This document shows, piece by piece, positions 37,038 through 46,984 of a DNA stretch of 64,000 bases (the stretch's first letter is position 1; every line of letters starts with the position of its first letter). Position numbers and translations under genes: made by a program. Origin of the DNA: an uncultured Spirochaetota bacterium (lineage in GTDB: Bacteria; Spirochaetota; Brevinematia; Brevinematales; JAOACQ01); NCBI GenBank assembly GCA_963768055.1, contig CAVYGN010000001.1, positions 768,001 to 832,000 of the forward strand. Direction: 5' to 3'. Under the pieces are notes generated by a model. That model did no database searches and was not told where the DNA came from. It worked only from the letters and a program-made list of their open reading frames with translations.

Positions 37038-38480
37038 GTGATGAACAGCCAGGCTTATATACTATTGGTAGTGTTAATACCCTTTTTCGGATCCCTAGTT
37101 CTTCCTTTAATCGGGCATTTTTCAGTCCGTTTAAGAAATTACATGTCTCTAGCTATGGTCCTGTGTTCATTTATTTTTTCGGCTTTGCTCCTCCCATCCG
37201 TCCTTGCCAATCAAACCGTATCATTCGCTTTGAACATGGATATGGGTTTCCTGGGTAATGCTTCAACTATATTCAGAGCCGATTCCCTTGCTGTTTTTAT
37301 GGCTATGGTTTCGTCGCTTATAGGTTCGATTATTGTTTTTTACTCATTCGGTTATATCAGCCATTATAAAAATCAAAATGAATATTACCTGATGGTAGTT
37401 CTTTTCCTCGGTTCGATGATGGGACTTGTGTTTTCTTCGCACCTGATCTTTCTGTATATATTCTGGGAAGTTTCAGCCATCTGCAGCTGGCGTCTGATCG
37501 GGTTTTTCCGTGAAAAGGATCATGTTTTAAAGGCCGATAAGGCGCTGCTCGTTACCTTCGGAGGAGCGCTCCTGATGCTGATCGGGTTTTTCATGATCTA
37601 TATGCAATACGGGACATTCGACCTGACCCTGATCAAGCAGGGGGCTGCAATATCTAACACAGCTGTTATCCTCATCATGTGCGGCATACTTTCTAAATCG
37701 TCAACCCTGCCTTTCCATACATGGCTGCCCGATGCCGGTGTAGCGCCGTCTCCGGTCACATCCCTTCTCCACGCCGCGATACTTGTAAAGATAGGAGTTT
37801 ATGTATTCGCGAGGCTGTTCTTTGCGACTTTCAGCCTTGATTCGATATGGCATTCCGTGATCCCTGTCATAGCAGCCGTGAGCGCGCTTGTCTCAGCCGG
37901 AGCCGCTATCATTGAAACCGACCTTAAGAGGATCATAGCTTATTCGACGATCAGCCAGATCGGGTTCATATTTTTAGGATTATCCTGCGGAAGCCCGCTC
38001 GGCGTCGCGGGTGCCCTTCTATATATCCTCATGCATGGCCTTGCCAAGGGCGGGCTTTTCCTCTGCGCCGGCATAGTCGAGCAGAGCACTAAAACTAAGG
38101 ATATTACGAAGCTCGGAGGCCTCATTACAGCTATGCCTGTAACAGCGATTACATTTATCGCCTGTTCTTTTTCCATTATGGGCATCCCCCCCTTCGGAGG
38201 ATTTTTCAGTAAATATATGGTTATCGGCGGCACAGTTGAAGCCGGACAGACATGGATGGCTTTTGTATTCATTCTTGGCGCAATATTGACCGCGATCTAT
38301 CTTTTACGTGTTTTTGTCAGCGTCTTTATGGGCAATATAAAAACACAGCCCTCGAAAGAGGGTTCAAGTACAATGCTTATAAGCGTTGCCGCTCTTGCTC
38401 TTCTTTCGCTGGCCGCGGGGATATTTATCAGTTATCCTGCCGGATTGGTCCAGAACATTATCATGGGGGTTAAAGGTTAA
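37038..38480 (+). CDS. hydrogenase membrane subunit, NuoL/MrpA/D-like antiporter
   Basis: FWE, PFHTWLPDA..AP.PV..LLH, LKRIIAYST.SQ.G, G.PP.GGF.SK. Confidence 0.9.
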   Translation: MMNSQAYILLVVLIPFFGSLVLPLIGHFSVRLRNYMSLAMVLCSFIFSALLLPSVLANQTVSFALNMDMGFLGNASTIFRADSLAVFMAMVSSLIGSIIVFYSFGYISHYKNQNEYYLMVVLFLGSMMGLVFSSHLIFLYIFWEVSAICSWRLIGFFREKDHVLKADKALLVTFGGALLMLIGFFMIYMQYGTFDLTLIKQGAAISNTAVILIMCGILSKSSTLPFHTWLPDAGVAPSPVTSLLHAAILVKIGVYVFARLFFATFSLDSIWHSVIPVIAAVSALVSAGAAIIETDLKRIIAYSTISQIGFIFLGLSCGSPLGVAGALLYILMHGLAKGGLFLCAGIVEQSTKTKDITKLGGLITAMPVTAITFIACSFSIMGIPPFGGFFSKYMVIGGTVEAGQTWMAFVFILGAILTAIYLLRVFVSVFMGNIKTQPSKEGSSTMLISVAALALLSLAAGIFISYPAGLVQNIIMGVKG

Positions 38481-38481
38481 A

Positions 38482-40350
38482 ATGGATAATTCGATTCTTT
38501 TCATACCGGTATTTCTCCCTCTCATTATTGCACTTGTCGTTTTTGTAATTCCCGGGCGCGACAGATGGCTGAAGGAGACCCTCGCTATCATCGGCGTTAC
38601 CGTAAATCTGGCAATATGCATATACCTTTTTGGATTTGTTAAAAATATGTCTCTGGACATCCCCTGGTTTTCGGCAGGCGGCCTCGATGTCCATTTTCTC
38701 CTGAAACTATATAATTTCAGCGCGTTTATTGTCCTGGCCGTATCGGGTTTTGCTTTTCTAATAACGCTTTATTCGGCAGTTTTTATGAAGGGAAAGGAGA
38801 ATTTAAGGCAGTATTACGCTTTTCTTTTATTAACCGTCGGTTTTGTAAACGGGGCAGTGCTTGCCAATCATCTTGTCCTGATGCTCTTTTTCTGGGAAGG
38901 CATTCTTATAACGGTTTTCGCGATGATTATGTCGGGAGGCAAAGCGGCTTTTCCGACCGCCGTAAAATCATTCGTGCTAAACGGAGTCGCGGATTTCTGC
39001 ATGATATTGGGAATAACCATATTAGGATTTATTACCAAGGGCAACCTGGAGATGGACTCGCTTAAAGCGGCGCCGATTGGACTTACAAATTTCCCCGGCA
39101 TTTTCTCTTTTATTCTTATTATGATCGGGGCGGTAGCTAAAGCCGGTTCAATGCCATTTCATTCATGGATACCCGATGCCGCCATCGATGCACCGCTTCC
39201 CTTCATGGCCTTCCTCCCGGCTTCCCTTGAAAAATTGCTTGGTATTTATCTGCTGGCCCGTGTCACGCTTGACTTTTTCGATTTCAAGTCGGGCACCGCT
39301 ATCAGCATAGTTGTAATGACAATCGGAGCGGTAACCATAATGCTTGCGGTGATAATGGCCCTTATACAAAAGGATTTCAAGAAGCTTCTATCCTATCATG
39401 CAATCAGCCAGGTAGGATATATGATCCTGGGCATCGGCACGGCAATTCCTGTCGGTATAATAGGCGGGCTCTTCCACATGATAAATCATGCGATGTATAA
39501 AAGCTGTCTTTTTTTGACAGGCGGCTCCGTTGAAAAGCAGGCTGGAACGACCCATCTTGCGGCCTTAGGCGGGCTGGGCAGGAAAATGCCTTTTACCTTT
39601 GCGAGCTTTATCGTAGCGGCGTGTGCGATTTCGGGAGTTCCGCCGCTAAACGGATTTTTTTCCAAGGAGCTCGTTTTTGCCGGAGCGCTCGAGACGGGGA
39701 TGCCGATTTTCTATATAGCGGCTGTCCTGGGCGCGTTTTTTACAGCAGCTTCTTTCCTGAAACTCGGTCATTCCGCGTTTCTCGGCAAACCCGCCAGGGA
39801 TTGGAAAAATGTTAAAGATCCCTCCTGGGCGATGGTTGTACCTATGGTTATTATAGCCCTTGGATGCATAATTTTCGGAGTTTATAATGTCCTGCCCCTG
39901 CAAAACCTTATTGAGCCGATACTCGGTACAAGGCTTGAACACAGCTTTGCCGGCCTTCCCGCAAACTGGACGCTTGCGGCGGTTTCAGTTGCAGTGCTGG
40001 CCCTGGCTTATCTCAACCATCTCTACGGGGTCTCCAGGTCGAAAAGCGCGCTTGGCGCAGCTGATCATATACACTATGCGCCTGTCCTCTCGACTGTTTA
40101 CGGCCTAGCCGAAAAGAGATTTTTCGACCCTTATGATATAGGCATGTTAATAGTAAACGGAATTTCAAGGTTTTTATGGTGGATAGACAGGGGCATCGAC
40201 TGGATTTATAATAAATTTATTACAGGCGTAACAGCTGCGACATCATGGATTATCAGGAAAGCCCATACGGGTAATTTCGCCTTATACCTGGTCTGGTCCC
40301 TTGCAGGTATGGCTGTTATCATAGTAATATTTGCGTTACAAACACGTTAG
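38482..40350 (+). CDS. hydrogenase membrane subunit, NuoL/MrpA-like with C-terminal lateral helix
   Basis: FWE, PFHSWIPDA, KKLLSYH, PPLNGFFSKE, C-terminal D...ID..HTG..Y; start moved to the ATG at 38482. Confidence 0.9.
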   Translation: MDNSILFIPVFLPLIIALVVFVIPGRDRWLKETLAIIGVTVNLAICIYLFGFVKNMSLDIPWFSAGGLDVHFLLKLYNFSAFIVLAVSGFAFLITLYSAVFMKGKENLRQYYAFLLLTVGFVNGAVLANHLVLMLFFWEGILITVFAMIMSGGKAAFPTAVKSFVLNGVADFCMILGITILGFITKGNLEMDSLKAAPIGLTNFPGIFSFILIMIGAVAKAGSMPFHSWIPDAAIDAPLPFMAFLPASLEKLLGIYLLARVTLDFFDFKSGTAISIVVMTIGAVTIMLAVIMALIQKDFKKLLSYHAISQVGYMILGIGTAIPVGIIGGLFHMINHAMYKSCLFLTGGSVEKQAGTTHLAALGGLGRKMPFTFASFIVAACAISGVPPLNGFFSKELVFAGALETGMPIFYIAAVLGAFFTAASFLKLGHSAFLGKPARDWKNVKDPSWAMVVPMVIIALGCIIFGVYNVLPLQNLIEPILGTRLEHSFAGLPANWTLAAVSVAVLALAYLNHLYGVSRSKSALGAADHIHYAPVLSTVYGLAEKRFFDPYDIGMLIVNGISRFLWWIDRGIDWIYNKFITGVTAATSWIIRKAHTGNFALYLVWSLAGMAVIIVIFALQTR

Positions 40351-40360
40351 GAGGTTTTGA

Positions 40361-41794
40361 TTGCAGGCCCTATTTATAATTATCCCCCTGCTGGCGGTAT
40401 TGGTCCTGAACCTTCCATTCAAGCAGGCATTCAGAAAGATAGCGTTTTACGCGGCGATTATAGTGACCCTTTTACAGATGGCTATGTCATTGACATCGGG
40501 AATCATGCTGTGGAATAATATAACCGAGATATTTAAATTTAATTTCATGGCGCAATTAAGCGTGGATTTTTTCACTCTTGTTGTCCTTTTTACGATAGGC
40601 CTTATAGCCTTCGTATCCCTTATTGTCTGCAGGGCGTCGGTAAAAAAAGACCCCTTCAATTTCATAAACCTCATTCTCCTGGCGGTAATGGGGATGAATG
40701 GCGTTGTTATGACCAGGGACATTTTCACTTTATATGTCTTTCTTGAAATTACGGCAGTGGCTTCTTTTATTCTTATCGCAATGGATAAAGGCATAGAAGC
40801 CTTCGAAGGCGCCCTAAAATACCTTATTTTATCAGCCGTCGCAACAATATTCATTCTTATGGCGATCGCCCTGATATTCTTTTCCGTCCAAAGCTTGAAT
40901 TTCAGCGATATAAGTTCTTATTTAAAAAGGCTTAAAGGCAGTTTCCCCCCCAATCTTATCGCGGCTGTTATTCTATTTATAACCGGCCTTTCAATTAAGG
41001 CTGGGGTGGTTCCGTTTCATGGCTGGCTTCCCGACGCTTATATGTCGGCCACTGCTCCAGTGTCGGTTTTTTTGGCGGGCATAGTTACGAAGGTCGCCGG
41101 GGTTTATACTATAATGAGGCTTGCCGGTGAAGTTTTCAATAACATACCATTTGTAAATACAGTTTTAATGGCTTTCGGGACACTTTCCATCGTTATAGGC
41201 GCCCTTGCGGCAATAGGACAGAAAGATTTTAAAAGGATACTCGCATATTCGAGCATATCACAGATAGGTTATATAATTTTAGCTACAGGCATAGGAACAC
41301 CCCTGGCCTTCGCCGGGGCTCTTTTACACTTCTTCAACCATGCCTCGTTCAAATCGCTCTTATTCGTCAATTCTACAGCGGTTGAATTACAGACCGGGAC
41401 AAGGGAAATAGATAAGCTCGGAGGGCTTGCAGGCCGTATGCCGATTACCGGAGGGACTTCCATTGTAGCGTTTTTCTCGACCATGGGCATGCCTCCGCTT
41501 GCGGGGTTCTGGAGCAAATTGATAATAATACTTGCCGCATGGTCAGGCGGTTATTATATTTATAGCGTAATAGCTCTTCTGGCAAGCATTTTAACATTGG
41601 GTTATTTTCTCATTCTTCAGAGGAAGGTGTTTTTTGGAAAGTTAGCGGCAGGTTTAGAGAATATTAAAGAAGCGAATTTTGGTCTTTCCTTTCCGGCAAT
41701 TCTTCTCGCGGCAATTACTATTATTTTAGGTTTAGCTTTCCCGTTTATTATCTATTATTTTCAGGCGAACGGGCTTTTAAAATTGGCAATATAA
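40361..41794 (+). CDS. hydrogenase membrane subunit, NuoM/N/MrpD-like
   Basis: YVFLE, EGALKYL, PFHGWLPDAY, KRILAYSSISQ. Confidence 0.9.
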   Translation: MQALFIIIPLLAVLVLNLPFKQAFRKIAFYAAIIVTLLQMAMSLTSGIMLWNNITEIFKFNFMAQLSVDFFTLVVLFTIGLIAFVSLIVCRASVKKDPFNFINLILLAVMGMNGVVMTRDIFTLYVFLEITAVASFILIAMDKGIEAFEGALKYLILSAVATIFILMAIALIFFSVQSLNFSDISSYLKRLKGSFPPNLIAAVILFITGLSIKAGVVPFHGWLPDAYMSATAPVSVFLAGIVTKVAGVYTIMRLAGEVFNNIPFVNTVLMAFGTLSIVIGALAAIGQKDFKRILAYSSISQIGYIILATGIGTPLAFAGALLHFFNHASFKSLLFVNSTAVELQTGTREIDKLGGLAGRMPITGGTSIVAFFSTMGMPPLAGFWSKLIIILAAWSGGYYIYSVIALLASILTLGYFLILQRKVFFGKLAAGLENIKEANFGLSFPAILLAAITIILGLAFPFIIYYFQANGLLKLAI

Positions 41795-41813
41795 GGTTAA
41801 TGGAGTAATTGGA

Positions 41814-42335
41814 ATGAAAGAGACCTTTATTATTATAATGCTTTCGGGGCTGGTATTATCCGCCATCCTGTCGGTCATGATAAGGAGCCTTATCAAGGCG
41901 GCGATATCTCTCGCCATCGCCAGCGCTTTTCTTGCGGTAATGATGTTCATACTGGGCGCATGGATCGCTGCCGTGATAGAACTGTCTGTTTGCGCGGGTA
42001 TGATCACCGTTGTATTCATTAGTGCTATAAGCCTTACGGTTCCTCTGACCGATGAACAGATCGCGATTGAGGCTAAACAGAGGGTGAAACGATTTATTTA
42101 TCTTCCTTTTATCCTCGCCGCGACACTGGCGCTTGCGATAATACTATGGTACAACCGGATTATTAATTTTGATTTTCTTTCAGCGTTTAAAGGAGCGCCG
42201 GAGAAGCTTGACTTCTATACTCAGGGATCTGTGATATGGGACAAGAGGGCGGTAGATCTCCTGGGCCAGGTCATCGTTTTACTTTCGGGAGTTTACGGAG
42301 TAGTAGTTTTATTTAAGGAGCGTAATCAAAAATGA
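41814..42335 (+). CDS. hydrogenase membrane subunit, NuoJ-like
   Basis: ELSVCAG.I.V, W..R..D..GQ; position in the operon. Confidence 0.75.
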   Translation: MKETFIIIMLSGLVLSAILSVMIRSLIKAAISLAIASAFLAVMMFILGAWIAAVIELSVCAGMITVVFISAISLTVPLTDEQIAIEAKQRVKRFIYLPFILAATLALAIILWYNRIINFDFLSAFKGAPEKLDFYTQGSVIWDKRAVDLLGQVIVLLSGVYGVVVLFKERNQK

Positions 42336-42643
42336 CTTTCGATTTAAATTTTCTGATATTCACAACGATTTTGCTCTTAATTGTGACAGGCCTATACTGC
42401 CTGATCGTTACTCTGAACTTAATAAGGCTTTTGATAGGGCTGGAAATACTCACTAAGGCCGTTACGCTTCTCCTGATAACATCCGGATTTATAACAGGCA
42501 GTATTGCTGTAGCCCAGTCGCTGACGATAACGCTTATAGTTATTGAAGTGGTTGTTATAGTCGTAGCGTGCGGTATCGTGATAGGGGTTTGTAATCATAA
42601 TAAAAACCTCGATATCAGAAACCTGAGAAAACTTAAAGGGTAG
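42332..42643 (+). CDS. hydrogenase membrane subunit, NuoK/MrpC-like
   Basis: GLY.L...NLIR..IGLE, IVIE, C-terminal L..LKG. Confidence 0.85.
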   Translation: MTFDLNFLIFTTILLLIVTGLYCLIVTLNLIRLLIGLEILTKAVTLLLITSGFITGSIAVAQSLTITLIVIEVVVIVVACGIVIGVCNHNKNLDIRNLRKLKG

Positions 42644-42653
42644 GAATAGAATA

Positions 42654-42971
42654 ATGATTAATATATTAATACCACCGATCGCTTTTTTAATTTTACTGGC
42701 AGCGGCTTATCTTTTTTCGCTTGCGTCCAACCTCTTTTCGGCCAAAGGCGTTGAATCGTCGGGAAAATCTAAGTCTTACGCCTGCGGCGAGAATGTCACT
42801 GCAAATAAAGCGCAGCCGGATTACAGCCAGTTTTTCCCTTTCGCTTTCTTTTTTACGATCATGCATGTTTTAGTTTTGATCATTGCAACCGCACCGAAGG
42901 GAATAATCGGCCTGCCGCTTGTATATGTGGGAGCAGGAGTGATCGCCCTTTTTGTTTTATTCAGGAGGTAA
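42654..42971 (+). CDS. hydrogenase membrane subunit, NuoA-like
   Basis: K...YACGE loop and FF.FA.FF. Confidence 0.8.
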   Translation: MINILIPPIAFLILLAAAYLFSLASNLFSAKGVESSGKSKSYACGENVTANKAQPDYSQFFPFAFFFTIMHVLVLIIATAPKGIIGLPLVYVGAGVIALFVLFRR

Positions 42972-42972
42972 T

Positions 42973-43404
42973 ATGTCTTTTCTAAAGAAGATGATGACAT
43001 GGGCGAGAATAAAATCGCCATGGATCATTCATTTTAATACAGGCGCATGCAACGCATGCGATATAGAAATACTGGCTTCGCTTACGCCCAGGTACGATCT
43101 GGAGCGTTTCGGCATTCAGCTTAAAGGTACTCCAAGGCATGCCGATGTAATGGTCTGTTCAGGGCCTGTCACGCTTCAGACAAAGGACAGGCTGATAAGG
43201 ATTTATGAGCAGATGGCGGAACCTAAATTCGTTGTAGCGGTCGGCACCTGCGCTTGTTCGGGCGGGGTCTTCCAGGGCTGTTACGGGGTCAAGGGAGGCA
43301 TAGATACGGTAATACCGGTATCCGCCTATATTCCCGGTTGTCCCGCCAGGCCTGAAGCTATCATTGACGGAGTGGTTAAGCTTTTAAAAACCCTAAAAAG
43401 CTGA
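42973..43404 (+). CDS. group 4 [NiFe] hydrogenase small subunit (NuoB/EchC-like)
   Basis: CNACDIE, PRHAD, VG.CACSGG, IPGCP.RP. Confidence 0.93.
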   Translation: MSFLKKMMTWARIKSPWIIHFNTGACNACDIEILASLTPRYDLERFGIQLKGTPRHADVMVCSGPVTLQTKDRLIRIYEQMAEPKFVVAVGTCACSGGVFQGCYGVKGGIDTVIPVSAYIPGCPARPEAIIDGVVKLLKTLKS

Positions 43405-43421
43405 AATTGAGGAAGTGATTT

Positions 43422-43907
43422 ATGGATAAAACTGAAAATATCATCAGCGACCTCTGCAAGAATTTTAAATTTCTTGAGGGCCGGGCAAACGTTAAAAGGG
43501 TAAGAAGGATGTTCGTTGAAATCCCTATTGAAAACAACGGTTCTTTAAAAGATATAATGAAATATCTAAGGGATAACAAGGATTTTACTTTCCTATGCAC
43601 GGTTACCGGCCTTGATTCGGGTGAAAATTTCGAAGTGATCTATCACCTTGCCGACGATTCAGGCAACCTGATTAATTTGAAAATACTTACTCCGAGGTCG
43701 GAACCTGTTATAGAATCAGTAACGCCTGTTTTTACCGGCGCGGTTTTTTACGAAAGGGAATTGAAAGACCTTTTCGGGATTGAAATTAGGGGATTGCCGG
43801 AGGGCAGAAGATACCCTCTTCCTGACGATTGGCCTGAAGGCCAGTATCCCCTCAGGAAAGATTGGAAGAAACCAGAATCAAGACCCGAGGCGTCAAACCG
43901 GCCATAG
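43422..43907 (+). CDS. hydrogenase NuoC/EchD-like subunit
   Basis: L..VTG.D, YERE..DLFG, LP.DWP...PLRK. Confidence 0.9.
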   Translation: MDKTENIISDLCKNFKFLEGRANVKRVRRMFVEIPIENNGSLKDIMKYLRDNKDFTFLCTVTGLDSGENFEVIYHLADDSGNLINLKILTPRSEPVIESVTPVFTGAVFYERELKDLFGIEIRGLPEGRRYPLPDDWPEGQYPLRKDWKKPESRPEASNRP

Positions 43908-43916
43908 GAGGAAATC

Positions 43917-45128
43917 ATGGCAAAAGTAGTTATACCTATAGGACCTCAGCATCCGGCATTGAAAGAGCCTGCAAGTTTTACCCTCTATCTGGAAGGTGAA
44001 AAGGTTGCGGCAACAAACGTCGCGCTTGGCTATAACCATCGCGGCATAGAAAAGGCATGCGAAGAAAGGCCCTACATTCAGGATATATACCTGATAGAAA
44101 GAGTATGCGGTATCTGTTCGCATTCCCACTCTACCGCGTTTTTACAGGCAGTAGAGGAAATTGCGGCGCTTGAGATACCAAAAAGGGCGGCTTATATCAG
44201 GTCCATTGTCGGCGAACTTGAAAGGATTCACAGCCATCTTCTCTGGCTGGGTGTGGCCGGTCATGAACTCGGTTTCGATACGCTTTTCATGTACAGCTGG
44301 CGGGACAGGGAAGTAGTGATGGACATCCTCGCCATGGTCACAGGGAACAGGGTCAATTACGGGATAAACACGATCGGCGGCGTAAGACGGGATATTTCAA
44401 AGGAACAGGCCGTTGATATATTGAAAGCCCTTGACATCCTCGAAGAAAGGACAAAATTTTATATTAAGCTGGCGATGGAAGAAACGACGCTGATCGGCAG
44501 GCTTGCAGGCGTCGGAAGTCTTTCCAGGGAAATGGCTGTGAAATTCGGCGCCACCGGTCCTACTGCAAGGGCTGCTGGTGTTGACCGGGATATCAGGAGG
44601 GACGACCCTTACGCGGCTTATTCAGACGTAAATTTCAATGTCATAACCGACGGCCATGCCGACGTTCTCGGAAGGACCATAGTCAGGGTGAAGGAATTGA
44701 TGGAAAGCTATTCAATTATAAGACAGCTCTTGGCAAAGATGCCCGACGGGCCGATTTCCGTGAGGGCCCCCAGGAAAATCCAGGCCGGGGAAGCCATAAG
44801 CCGGTACGAAGCTCCGCGCGGCGAAGATTTTCATTATGTAAAGGCCAACGGTTCTGAAAAACCCGAAAGGGTAAAAGTCAGGGCCCCGACTCTGGCAAAC
44901 CTTGCCGCTATAACACATATGATAGACGGCGGTTACCTTGCGGACGTGCCTATAGTCATAGCGGCAATCGATCCATGCTTTTCCTGCACCGACAGGATGA
45001 TCTCGCTTAAAGACCGGGATAATGGTAAAGAAACTATTATGGATTGGGAAGGGCTGAGGAATTACAGCCTTGAATGGTATAGGAAGAACCGCGGTATAGA
45101 TATGAATAAAATACATGCTTTAAGATAA
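43917..45128 (+). CDS. group 4 [NiFe] hydrogenase large subunit
   Basis: Ni-binding L1 ERVCGICSH and L2 DPCFSCTDR, followed by a C-terminal extension. Confidence 0.95.
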   Translation: MAKVVIPIGPQHPALKEPASFTLYLEGEKVAATNVALGYNHRGIEKACEERPYIQDIYLIERVCGICSHSHSTAFLQAVEEIAALEIPKRAAYIRSIVGELERIHSHLLWLGVAGHELGFDTLFMYSWRDREVVMDILAMVTGNRVNYGINTIGGVRRDISKEQAVDILKALDILEERTKFYIKLAMEETTLIGRLAGVGSLSREMAVKFGATGPTARAAGVDRDIRRDDPYAAYSDVNFNVITDGHADVLGRTIVRVKELMESYSIIRQLLAKMPDGPISVRAPRKIQAGEAISRYEAPRGEDFHYVKANGSEKPERVKVRAPTLANLAAITHMIDGGYLADVPIVIAAIDPCFSCTDRMISLKDRDNGKETIMDWEGLRNYSLEWYRKNRGIDMNKIHALR

Positions 45129-45142
45129 GGACGGTGCATTAA

Positions 45143-46101
45143 ATGTCGGAAACTCTTGTTAATCTATTCGAGATCATGGTTTTCCCGGGTTTTATATTTT
45201 TGTCTCTTTACGCACTATTGGTGGAATTTGTGGACAGGAAACTTTACGCCCGGTTCCAGAACCGTGTCGGTCCGCCCTGGTTCCAGCCTCTTGCGGATTT
45301 TATAAAACTCCTCGGAAAAGAGACCATCGTTCCTCTTGAAGCGGATGCGAGAATGTTCCGGGTCATACCGTTATTCTCTTTAGCCGCGGTCTGCACGGCC
45401 TTCCTTTATATCCCCATCTGGGGCGTTAAATCTATGTTCCCATTTAACGGCGACGCGATAGTCGTACTATATCTTCTTACCATTCCGACGCTGACATTTT
45501 TCCTGGCCGGATGGTATTCCTCATCGCTTTTCGCATGTCTGGATCCGTAAGGACCCTTACACAGCTTTTTGCATATGAAGTTCCCCTTTTCATGGCTATA
45601 CTGGCTCCGACTTTACTGGCCGGTAATACTGGAAACTGGTCGCTGTCCGGCATTTCAGCATATTATGGAACTCACCCCCTGCTGCTGCTTGTCAATATTC
45701 CCGCCTTTTTCGTAGCCCTTGTATCCATCCAGGGTAAACTTGAAAGGGTGCCTTTCGATATACCTGAAGCTGAAACCGAGATCGTAGCCGGTTCGTTCAC
45801 AGAGTACAGCGGAAAACTCCTTGCAATGTTCAGGATGTCGATCGATATCGAGATGGTCGTGGTGGCTTCGCTTTTAGCCGCAGTCTTCTTTCCGTTCTTT
45901 ACCGCCGGCGGGCCTGTGATCGGGTTTGCTCTTTTTATCGTGAAAACGATGATTATCGTGTTTTTACTATCCGTCGCTCGTGCGACTATGGCCAGGCTCA
46001 GGCTGGAACAGATGGTATCTTTCTGCTGGCGTATTTTGACGCCTGTCGCAATTTTACAGATACTTGCGAATTTAATTTTAAAAGAGGTCATTAAAATATG
46101 A
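45143..46101 (+). CDS. hydrogenase NuoH/EchB-like subunit, split by an apparent 1-nt deletion near 45540
   Basis: 5' part RK..AR.Q.R.GP...QP.AD..KL; 3' part GSVR...Q..AYE and R.PFD.PEAE.E lies in another frame. Confidence 0.85.
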
Positions 46102-46445
46102 GAAGACCCGGGTCGTTAATGCCGTTCGTAATGGGTATGGTTCTGAAAAAACCCGCCACAAATATGTATCCCTATAAAAAGGTTATAATGCCAGACAGAT
46201 ACAGGGGAAAGCTGAAGTTCGAACAGATAAAGTGCATCGGGTGCCAGTTATGCGTAAAGGATTGCCCTTCGAATGCGATCGAGATAGTGAAGGTAGGCGA
46301 TAAGCTTTACGATGCCTATGTTTATCTGGACAGATGCATATACTGCGGACAGTGCGTCGACAGCTGTCCCAGGAAGGCCCTTGAGAATACAAAGGACTTC
46401 GAACTGGCTAATTACGATCACGAGCACCTCAAGGTGAAGATATAA
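46098..46445 (+). CDS. 2x[4Fe-4S] ferredoxin-like subunit (NuoI/EchF-like)
   Basis: CIGCQLCVKDCP and CIYCGQCVDSCP. Confidence 0.93.
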   Translation: MRRPGSLMPFVMGMVLKKPATNMYPYKKVIMPDRYRGKLKFEQIKCIGCQLCVKDCPSNAIEIVKVGDKLYDAYVYLDRCIYCGQCVDSCPRKALENTKDFELANYDHEHLKVKI

Positions 46446-46465
46446 ATAGGTTCCGGAGCTGATCG

Positions 46466-46984
46466 GTGACGCAATCTGTAAACCAGTCAATTGAACAAAT
46501 CTTAAATCCCATATTATCCGATGGGGGCAAGGTTGTCATTCTGGGCGCCGGATCATCGCTTAACTGCGACGACGGTGCCGGGCCTGCTATCGCGGACAGG
46601 CTGATCAGCGGAATGAAGGGGAAGCTTCCCGAAAATATCAGGGTCTATAACGGATGCGCGGCGCCTGAAAATTTTACCGGCGAGATCAAGCGTTTTACAC
46701 CCGATACACTGCTCATTATAGACGCGGCTGATTTTTCTCTTCCACCGGGCAGCGTGCGGACGATCGATTTGAAAGACATCTCGGGAGCGGCTTTCAGCTC
46801 TCACATGCTCCCCATCAAAATAATGGTCGATTACCTGGAAAAGGAAACGGGCTGTAAAACGATCCTGATCGGCATACAGCCGGAGAGCGTGCAGTACGGG
46901 GATGAATTATCGGGGCCGGTGGCGGGGACGGTTAAAGAGATAGTTAAAGTTATTCTGAAAAACATCAGGAAGTCAGCTCGATAA
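46466..46984 (+). CDS. hycI: hydrogenase maturation endopeptidase (HycI-like)
   Basis: LG.G..L..DDGAG, APEN, IIDAA, SSH.LP, GIQP. Confidence 0.88.
   Translation: MTQSVNQSIEQILNPILSDGGKVVILGAGSSLNCDDGAGPAIADRLISGMKGKLPENIRVYNGCAAPENFTGEIKRFTPDTLLIIDAADFSLPPGSVRTIDLKDISGAAFSSHMLPIKIMVDYLEKETGCKTILIGIQPESVQYGDELSGPVAGTVKEIVKVILKNIRKSAR

Noticed and set aside
37038..46445. NADH:quinone oxidoreductase (nuo) or Ehr annotation
   Set aside because: The large subunit keeps both CxxC Ni-binding motifs, a maturation protease follows, and there is no NuoEFG.
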